A DNA stretch of 32,175 nucleotides, taken from Jimgerdemannia flammicorona (Eukaryota). The notes beneath the pieces were generated by a model. It saw only the letters and a list, made by a program, of their open reading frames with translations. It did not search any database and was not told where the DNA came from. The position numbers and the translations under genes were made by a program. This document shows positions 23,643 through 32,175 of the stretch, one piece after another. Position 1 is the stretch's first letter, and the number at the start of each line of letters is the position of its first letter. The stretch covers positions 1 through 32,175 of the forward strand of contig RBNJ01000363.1 of assembly GCA_003990765.1 (NCBI GenBank), written 5' to 3'.

Positions 23643-24825
23643 GATATTTCTTGAGTTGGTTTTGGTAAATGGTGGTGGGGATTATTGTACCTGAGGGTTT
23701 TCATAGCCAAAAGGTGGTTCCTTTTATATCTTACACAAGGTAAGATCCCTCCCACTTGGGCTCCAGTTTTCGTAACCATGAAGCTTCAACCATATTCCGA
23801 TATACTAGGACTTTGTCTCCTATCTTGATAATCTTCAAGGGTTTGTGGGTCTTTTCTACATTCCTCCATTATAGTGTCTGTGCCTTCGTTATGTAATCCT
23901 CAGCCTTCTTCCTGATTTGGTATAGTCTCTGTATTTCTATGTCCACATATTTCCATACAGCATCTCCATTGGATGACAGCATTCCCTGAGAACATTCTTC
24001 TCCAAACAGTATTTCTTGAGAGGTAAAGTGGGTGCTTTGTGATTGGATATCCCGGAGAGCAGATAATGCTATTGGTAGATAGTGATCCCAGTTCTCATAG
24101 TTATTGCAGATCTTAGCAATAACATTCTTGAGGGTTTTGTTGGTCCTTTCTACTTGTCCATTTTCTTGAGGGTGATATGCTGTAGTCTGAATATGCTGGA
24201 TCTTGTACTTCTTGTAGAAAACTTTGAAGAACTGATTCACGAATTCGGTTCCTCTATCTGTAGTTACTTGTGTTGGAGTCTTGAATCGGCAGATGATTTC
24301 TTTGTGGAAGAAATCAGCGATTGACTGTGCATTGGCTTCCATAAGGGGTCCTGCTTCTATCCATTTTGTAAAGAGGTCTACAATGATGATGATGTATCAG
24401 TTGCCAGTCAAGGTCAAGGGTAGGGGGCCGATTATATCTATTGCAATGTGGGCAAATGGTACTGATTCTATGTGTGCTGATCCTGGGGCTTGATTTCATT
24501 GGTCTTGTTTCTGTTTCTAGCATTTGTCGCAGATCTTGACAAATTGTCTGATATCTTCCTCCATCCCTGGCCATCATATTGTTCTTCTTGCTTTGTCATA
24601 TGTATTTGTTCCTCCTAGATAGCCAAGTTCATGTACTGATTTCATTGCTTGCTCCTTCTTGTGTTCTGATATGACTAGTAGTTTTCCTTTCTTCAGTATT
24701 TCTCCATCAGTTTCGAATTGTTTCTATGTTCTGTTGATAATCATTTGTATCCATTCTTCCAGATGTTGGGGCATCTTTTGCTGTTCTAGGTATGTGATAA
24801 TTCTGTAGTAGAGCTCCTTATTCAT
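23635..24825 (-). pseudogene. Integrase, separate ORF (~396 codons, in-frame stops)
   Basis: MNKELYYRIITYL..VHELGYL..CDKC (HHCC zinc region, second His now Tyr)..IAIDIIGPLP..TDRGTEF..YHPQENGQVER..KLEPKWEGSY..KKYHG*, all in one frame that differs from the RT-RH frame. Confidence 0.9.
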
Positions 24826-24850
24826 GGCGATTTTGTAGGGGTGGGGTCCT

Positions 24851-27800
24851 TCAGGGTGTCCGTGAGAGGGCATCTGCATTAGCATTGGTTCTTCCAGAGT
24901 GATGTATGATGGTTATGTCATAAGCTTGCAACTTCATTATCCATCTGGCATAGATTCCTTTGGGTTGTTCAGTTGTCAGTAGCCAGGTAAGAGCTGAGTG
25001 GTCTGTTTGGATGGTGAAGTGTCTTCCAGCCAAGTAGTAGTGAAACTTTTCTATAGCCCAGATAACTGTGAGGCATTCCAACTTGTAGGATTCGTATTCT
25101 TTTTCAGCTCCTCGGGTTCTGCGGCTGAGGTTTGTAATGATATACTCCACTTTATCTTTCTTTTGAGCTAGGACTGCTTCTAGTCCTTGTGCACTTGCAT
25201 CAGTCTGTAGGATGAATTCTTGAGTCCAGTCAGGTCTTCTGAGGATGGGTGCCTGGGTCAGTCTGACCTTGAGTTCATCAAATGCTTTTTGTTGTCTGCC
25301 AGTCCACTGGAACTTGGTATCCTTCTTGTTAAGTTTGTAGATTGGTCCCGCAATATTAGAAAATACTCTAATAAATCTGCAATAATAGGAGGTAAGTCCC
25401 ATGAAGGCTTGGACTTCCATAACAGTGGTGGGTCTTGGGTATGCTGCTACTGCTTGTATCTTGAGGGGGTCCATGTGTGTTCCATCTCAGTTGATGATGT
25501 GGCTGAGATAGGAGATCTCAATTTCTGCGAACTTGCACTTCTTGGGTTTGATGTAAAGGCCATATTGTCTTAGTCTCTCCATTATCTGCTGTATGTGCTG
25601 CAGATGTTCCTCAGGTGTCTTACTGTAGATGATTACATCATCGATGTAGACCATCATTCATCTTCCCATGTCATAGTGGAAGATTTTGTTCATCATTCAC
25701 TGGAAACTTACTAGTGCATTGCACATTCCGAATGGCATTCGTAGGTAGACATAGGTTCCATCTGGAGTGATGAAAGCTGACTTTTCACTTGCCATATCTG
25801 TGAGTCCGATTTGGTGGAATCCTGAGTATAAGTCCAAGGTGCTGTAGTATTGTGCTTCATCTCTCAGTATTATGAGAATGTCATTGATGAGGGGCAGTGG
25901 TTGGCGATCCTTCTTGGTAACCATGTTGAGTTTTCTGTAGTTGACACAGAGTCTTGGGGCGAATTCTCCAGGCTTGCTGCCTTTTTTCAGGACTAGTACA
26001 ATAGGTGAGGACCAGGGGCTGCTTGCTTCTTTAATGATACCGGCTTCTTCCATCTGCTTGATTTCTTCTCTGAGCCATTCTTGGTAGGCTGGTGGGACAG
26101 GTCTTGCTTTCTGATAAATTGGTTCGGTGTCTCCAGTATCTACTTCATGATAGTAGTGTGGGGTCTTTCCTTTGATATCCTTGAAATCTGTAGCAAGGAC
26201 GTCTTCGAATTCATGGAGTATTTTCTTGAGTTCTTTCTTGAGTGGAAATTCATTTCTGATGGTGTAGCTATGCTTGCTTGTGTTTTCCTCCTTCTTATGC
26301 TCAAGTTCGGTGATCTTGGTGTTGGCAAATACTCCTCTTCCTGTAGATCCAAATCCTTTCTTTCCTCTTCTTGTTTCCTCCAGCTTCTTAACTTCTATGA
26401 TCTTTGGTTGTAGGATCAGAAAGATCAACATTTGCGCCAATCGGTCCTTCTTTTTGACTGAGAATGGGATTGTAGGATTGTGATTCCTAGCAATGAGTAG
26501 AATTTCTCCAGTGTAGTCTGAATCGATGACTCCTCCTTTGATTGTAATTTCACTTCTAGCCAGGCTGCTTCTTATCTTGAGAATCCCAACATGATTCTTT
26601 GGGATAGTCATCTCCAATCTGGTTGCAAGTAGGGTAGTTGTCTGGGGTTCCAGTATGGTTTCTTCTACTGTAGTGATGTCCATTTTGGCTGCATTTTCTG
26701 ACTTGTATTCTGGCAAGACTGTGTCAGGGTGGATCCTTCGAATCTTGACCTTGATTTCTTCTTCATCATCACTGTCCTCCAGGAGAGCTGGTGATTCGTC
26801 ATCTTCCTCCTTCTCTTCTTCCCTGATCTGTTTTTCAAGAGCTTTCTGCCTTCTTGCCTGGTAGATCTTCCTGATTCCGATGGTGTACTGATAGCAATCA
26901 TTGACATGCTCCATGCAGTACATCTTGATCCTGTGAGGACAGACTCCTTGTGGAGCATAACCTTCTGTGATCTTCTTATACCATTCTTCTTCACTCATCC
27001 ATCTGACTTTCTTCTTCTTTGGAGTAGTCACCATATAAGCTTCCTCCTGCTTGCTCTCTTCTTCCTCCATGTCAGGCAGGACTCCTTTGTTGACATTGAT
27101 GGGAATTCATATCTTCTGTCCCCGGTAGGTGATCTGCATCTTCTGGGCATTGAGGTCTATTACTGCCTTGGCTTTGTGAAGCCATTGATTGCCAATGAGG
27201 ATGTCATAGTTGGTGGCATTGGTTACGATTACATCTACTGAGATGGTTGCTCCTCCAATCTTGATGGGAATGTCTTGGATCTTTCCCAGAGGTGTGGCTC
27301 TTGTACCATCAGCTGTGACAAACACCAGCTTAGTTGCCTCTTCCACATCCCAACCTAGGCAGTCTGCTGCCTTCTTGCTGAGGAGATATCCACCTGCTCC
27401 CATATCAATGATGGCCTCAAAGATTCTATCTTCAATTTGATATGTGGCATATGCAGAGGTTTTGCGATTGTCCTCACTTTCTTCTCCTGAGTCCTCTTGA
27501 GCGTTATTGGCCTCGGTTATCTTCTATCTCTGTTCTATAGTTGTTTTGGCAAGTCTAAACCTCATTTGCTGTCTGAATATAGGGATTTCTGCAAGCTGGC
27601 CAAAGGTTGCATTGACCTTTTGTTGGCTGAGGTCCTTGAAGATATCATACTTGAAGGTCTTGGTCTTGTGAAGCTTCTTCTCTTTTTCTCCTTTACTGGC
27701 TGGAGTGGTTCCTTGGATGATATCTTGAACTACTTGCTCCAGCTCTGTATCTTGGTCCATCTCTTCAGCTTGGCTTTCTGTAGCAGTTTCCATCTGCTTT

Positions 27801-28810
27801 TCCACTGGGTTCTTCTTGGGTCTTCCTGGTGGTCTCTTGTAGGGTTCTTTGCAAGCATCCTTCTTGGTGGTCTGAGCAGGATAGGCCTCCCATTCTTCTT
27901 CATCAGAATCTCCAATCTCCTCGAAGGTAATTGTATTGGCCTGCTTCTTGTTTTGTATGGTATTGCTTGGTTGAGCCTTGTGCTTGGTTTCGCTCATGCA
28001 TTCATAGGAGTAGTGGCCTTCTTCTCCACAAGTGTAGCAGATACCTTTCTTCTTATCTGAGGTGGTGGTGAACTTCTGGACAGGGCAGTGGTCTCTTCCT
28101 TGAATTTCCTTTACCACATCTCCCAGGTGGGCAGTCATTTCGGCAAACCTTTTGGCGAGTTCCTCCATAGGGTCACTGTTCTTTTGCTGCTCTATAGCTT
28201 TTGGTTGAGGTGTATTTCGATTGATCATTGTGGTAGGGATCACACTGGTTGCCTTGGGTGCCTCAATTCTGACTCCTGTGACCCTTTCCATTGTATGATC
28301 TTGTGGATGTCTGGCTATCTAGTATCGCTGAGCATAGGTGACCTTCTGTGGCAGATTCAGAATTACTGGTGATGAGCGGATGGCCATGGCTATTTCTGGA
28401 TGAACTCCTTTCATGAAGATTGCTTTGGCTACTTGATCTCAGATAGCAGCAGCATAATCTGCAAGAATTATCTGATATCAAATTCTGATATAGAATGTGT
28501 TTAGATCCTCGCTCATTCCTTGGCATGTTGTGTTGAGCTGATCCTTCAGGGCTTGCTTGATCTCATCTGTGTAATATGTATTTCGGAGCCAGGTCTTCTG
28601 TGCTGTCAGTATGGCATCAGCATCATTTCCTGCATGGGTTGTGGCTGTGAATGCTGCTCTGGCAGGGCCTCATAGGCTAAAGGGCATGAGGGCTACTTGC
28701 TGTGCTGCTGTCAGGGTCCTTACAGTGACATACTGCTCAAAATCATCAATGAAGGTGATGATTGATTCGTCTGAGATATATCTGTGGAATACTGGTGGTC
28801 TCATATCCAT
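24851..28810 (-). pseudogene. gag-protease-dUTPase-RT-RNase H polyprotein in a single frame (1320 codons, broken by in-frame stops)
   Basis: ORF-track pieces starting at 28291, 27403, 27070 and 25474 share one frame. Motifs: CYTCGEEGHYSYEC knuckle, AIIDMGA protease (DTG>DMG), SPWSSP, LDLYSGFHQI, VYIDD, LQTDAS, NADALSR. Confidence 0.93.
26339..26755 (-). other. dUTPase domain between protease and RT
   Basis: AAKMD (I, decayed), RSSLA (II), GGVIDSDYTGEI (III), DRLAQ (IV) and RGKKGFGSTG (V). Confidence 0.95.
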
Positions 28811-28892
28811 CTTGTCTGGGTATTGGGGCTCGGTTTGTGTAGTGGTGGTTGTTCATTGTTCAGCTTGAAAGTGAGGGATTCATCTTGAATCA

Positions 28893-28909
28893 CCAGCTAA
28901 TGGGCACCA
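28893..28909 (-). promoter_or_regulatory. Primer binding site
   Basis: TGGTGCCCATTAGCTGG, 3 nt downstream of the 5' LTR and complementary to a tRNA ending ...GGGCACCA; the tRNA is not identified. Confidence 0.8.
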
Positions 28910-28912
28910 AGT

Positions 28913-29322
28913 TGTAATGTAGCAGATGCTTACTCTTGAAAGTACGTCGGATTTCTGTATCTTGAAAACTTGACTGTTCTGACTCTTGCAGAGTCTCTTG
29001 AAGTTGCAGGGGAGGGTGGGTGAGTTCGAAGTGTATCTGCCTGTAGGCTTACTAGTTCCTTTGCTATCTCTTTACTTTGAACTATTTTGATCTGAGGTTT
29101 ATTCACTCGAAGATACTGGGTTATTTATACAAGTTTGCTAGCTATGAGATGGTTACTGGGTTACATAGCTAAGTTATGTATGAGTTATTTAACACTTTGC
29201 AAAATATTTAGCAAGTTGCAAAATCGAGAACTGTTAACTATATGGCTATACTACTTTGGGACTGAGTGTGATCAAGTGTCTATTCCCTATTTCCTTCTTC
29301 CAAATCTGGCTATACTATCACA
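28913..29322 (-). repeat. 5' LTR (410 bp)
   Basis: Direct repeat of 22677-23143, lacking a 61-bp block and carrying a 4-bp insertion. Confidence 0.95.
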
Positions 29323-30236
29323 ATATATATATATTGTCTATATTAGTTATCTTGAATTTCTTATACAGGGCTTCTTTAACTCTATTAAGTTTATTTTTCA
29401 TTACAATAATAATGATGACATTTATCCATATATCTATAAATACTACTCTATTAGTGTAGTATTGAATATATATATAGTTATCTGCTTTATAATATATAAA
29501 GTTATTATTAAAGAGATATTTATTGATTTTTCTATTCTACAAATGAGTTGCTTGCTTAATGCTATATAATTCTTTATATAGTTTATATATATACTTCTGA
29601 TAAAGAGAAGTATAAATATTCTAAGACATTTATAAGATAATCTATTACAATATAAATAATCAGTAATAATATTGAGAACAGATCAAGAATAAGATTGCTA
29701 CAGCTATTCTTATGGCTATTGAATATCAATAGATCTCTATAGAACTATCCTCTATCAATATATAAAATTCTATAGACCCTGATCCAAATGAAGCCCAACA
29801 ATATCTTAAAAGAATTCAATATTTCTAAGCCTTCTACTATTAACAAGAGTTGAAGAAATATTATAAGATTAGATGACTCATCTGCCAATAAGCAACTTTC
29901 AGCAAAGTCAAGCAACTGTTCTATCTATTCATTAATAACTATATCTACATCATTATAAAAATATTATATATTCTTTTCTATACTCAGTTTTAAGTTCTTA
30001 ACTATTTCTATAGAATATCTTTAGAGAATATTATCAATCTGACTGATAAATACTAGAGTGATATTATCTTTCAAGTAGTCTAGTATACAGCCCTTCAGTT
30101 TGAAGAATATTTAGAATTTTAGTACTGATCTTATTGAGTAGGTTCTGATAAAAAAGAGAAAAATATAATAGTTTATTATATATTAAACAAAGCTACTGAA
30201 AATTTCTAATAAATAGTCATAAAATATACTAATAAG

Positions 30237-30281
30237 CTACTAGAGTTTCCAACAGAAATTTTAATAAGAATTTTCAATAAG
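30237..30281 (+). pseudogene. Possible F-box motif relic
   Basis: Translates LLEFPTEILIRIFNK*, matching the LxxLPxEILxxIF F-box start. Short, and embedded in decayed DNA. Confidence 0.3.
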
Positions 30282-30365
30282 TAGTTATAAATACTATATA
30301 TAGTATAACTATATATAGATATATCCAATATACTATATTTAGATATAACTTCAAATTTATATAAA

Positions 30366-30935
30366 TAGTGCTCCAAACAAGTTGATCTGGATCAGATTTA
30401 AATCCTATCTAGATCAACTTAGATGGAATTCAAATTCCATCCAGATGGATTTGAATCAATTATTATTTTGATTTTCAAATTAGACAATTAAATATTTACA
30501 TCAATAACTTGATGAATAATTATCTAATTTTGATGATCTTGATGTCATTTGAAAGTCCTTAATAAGGCCTTTCTAATGATATCAAGAATATTGAAATCAG
30601 ATCATATATTGCTAAGTTATTAAGAAAAATATCTAACTCACTGATTTTGGAAATTATTCAACTTGCTGATTTTGGAAATTTTATCAAAAGAACATTTTCC
30701 TTAATAGCTTAGTAATGCATAATCCAATTTTAACATTCTTGATATCATTAGAAAGACCTTATTAAGGGCTTTCCAATAATACTAAGATTATCAAAATTGG
30801 ATGATTATTTATCAAATTATTGATATAAACATTTAATTATCTAATTTGGAAATCAGATTTGAATCAATCTAGATGGAATTCAATTTGAATCAATTTGAAT
30901 CCAATCTGGATTAAATTGACTCATTTGGAGCACTA
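30366..30935. mobile_element. hAT-type foldback MITE
   Basis: Perfect 12-bp TIR TAGTGCTCCAAA / TTTGGAGCACTA. 8-bp TSD TATATAAA / TGTATAAA. Internal inverted arms of ~160 bp (~30470-30630 vs ~30694-30855). Confidence 0.9.
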
Positions 30936-32175
30936 TGTATAAATATCCTCTATACTGAGTATATTGTAATCTCAGCTCTACTTTCTCTGACTATAAGAAT
31001 AAAGTAGTATTTTTATCAAAGAACTCTCAGATCTGACTTTTTAACAATTCTAAGTCTGATCAACTTAGGATACAAACATGATACTATTATTAGTATAAAA
31101 ATCTGAAAGTGATACTTGAACTATACTACTACAACAGATAATTAAAACTTAGTGCTTTCTTACAAGAACTCAGAACTTAGGGCTAATAGTCATCTTAATA
31201 TATTAATTCCATCAGCATATAGTTTTATTACAGAGGGCCTCCTTAAATGTTACCCAATCTTCAATTCTTATTCCTTAGTAGGTAGTAGTAGTCATGATAT
31301 AATTGTATTACCAAATGGCTATATTTTCTCAGAGAAGTATGGTAGCAAATTAGACTTATATATCTGTCTCCATTTTTGTAAGTTTAGTGTACATGGTGGG
31401 AGTATATCCTCCACTCATCTTTCAGAAACAGAGTAAATGTCAGTCATCTTAATACAAATTCTTCGCCGTTCAATTTTTTTTTTCTTTTAAAAAAAAACCC
31501 CCCATCACCCAATGATTTGCCGCCCATAAATATGTATATACTTCATGGAAAAGTTGGGTTTAATAGTAATGTTTTGTTCCAACTGTCAAAGGTCTCCGTC
31601 GCTACGTGGTGCCACTAAGTCTTCAGGAGATCAGCCGAGGATTCAAGGCGCCTCGGTTGTTCGATGGTACATGGATTCTGCCACGAAAGCTTGTTTTTCA
31701 GGCGGTGGACTTACTGCGAAATAAGCTGATAATTCATGCGAAGCCGTCTCCCAGGCGATAGACCCCCGTTATTCTCGGAGTGGCTCCGTAATAATTGCCA
31801 AGGCGCTCGTCTTCGGGTACTCCACAAGCACAAGAACGCCGTCCGGCCAGCGTCTGCTGGACTTTTAGCTTATTTATGGGACGTTGTCGTCGTCGTGTTG
31901 ATGTCTTTAGGAATCGCGGGACCGAGGATGCGTTTTTAAGTCGAATGATGCAGCTCCGCCTCGCGGTAGCTTTTGAGTAACGCTAACATGGTTGCGGTGA
32001 ACGGGTTGGTGGTTTGGGGACAAAGGAAGGAGGCTGAACTGTAAAGGTCAGCGGAGAATTAGAAGAGAGGGACACAGGCGAGTCATCGAGCCTCGACTAG
32101 ACGGTGTAGATTCTGACAAAGACAACAGTCGCTTATTTCCTTTGCAATTGTTTATTGAAATGGAAGAAACGAGAA

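Larger units (their letters stand above)
22677..29322 (-). mobile_element. Full-length, moderately decayed Ty3/Gypsy LTR retrotransposon with dUTPase (6.65 kb)
   Basis: Two LTRs with TG..CA ends, PBS, PPT, ATAT(AT) flanks as TSD in an AT microsatellite, and gag-PR-dUT-RT-RH-IN order. Confidence 0.97.

Noticed and set aside
24082..28868. Plus-strand ORFs over the Gypsy body
   Set aside because: Antisense shadows of gag-pol and integrase.
29135..29569. 144-aa hydrophobic ORF
   Set aside because: Spans the LTR/flank junction in AT-rich decayed DNA; its I/Y/F-rich composition is an artefact.
31460..32175. Gene in the terminal CpG-rich segment
   Set aside because: Splice-like signals are present on the - strand (GCTGAC..TACAG, GTAAGT), but there is no coherent ORF or recognisable domain within the window.

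Overview
This is eukaryotic, almost certainly fungal, genomic DNA. The BTB-SPRY family resembles the one expanded in Mucoromycota, so Endogonales/Glomeromycotina is my inference, not a database result. A CpG-rich gene island (~11.65-19.9 kb) holds three BTB/POZ paralogues: one intact BTB-SPRY gene, one with a single frameshift, and one 3'-truncated pseudogene. On both sides lie nested, CpG-depleted, TpA-rich transposon relics. These comprise two diverged dUTPase-carrying Ty3/Gypsy elements (a heavily decayed + strand copy and a full-length - strand copy with LTRs, PBS, PPT and TSD), a younger LTR at the window start, two LINE fragments, two hAT-type foldback MITEs, a small foldback element and a poly(A)-only insertion. 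The most interesting signal is the architecture the two Gypsy elements share. Gag-PR-(C/H motif)-dUTPase-RT-RNaseH lies in one frame, integrase is a separate out-of-frame ORF with its own ATG (MN.EL[YC]) overlapping a stop, and a conserved extra ORF3 follows integrase. The junction geometries (ATGA, ATGnnTAR) match viral termination-reinitiation. A second signal is a repeat-restricted C>T hypermutation pattern (CpG plus CpA) that spares the adjacent gene duplicates. All translations and alignments were done by eye; relic boundaries are approximate.
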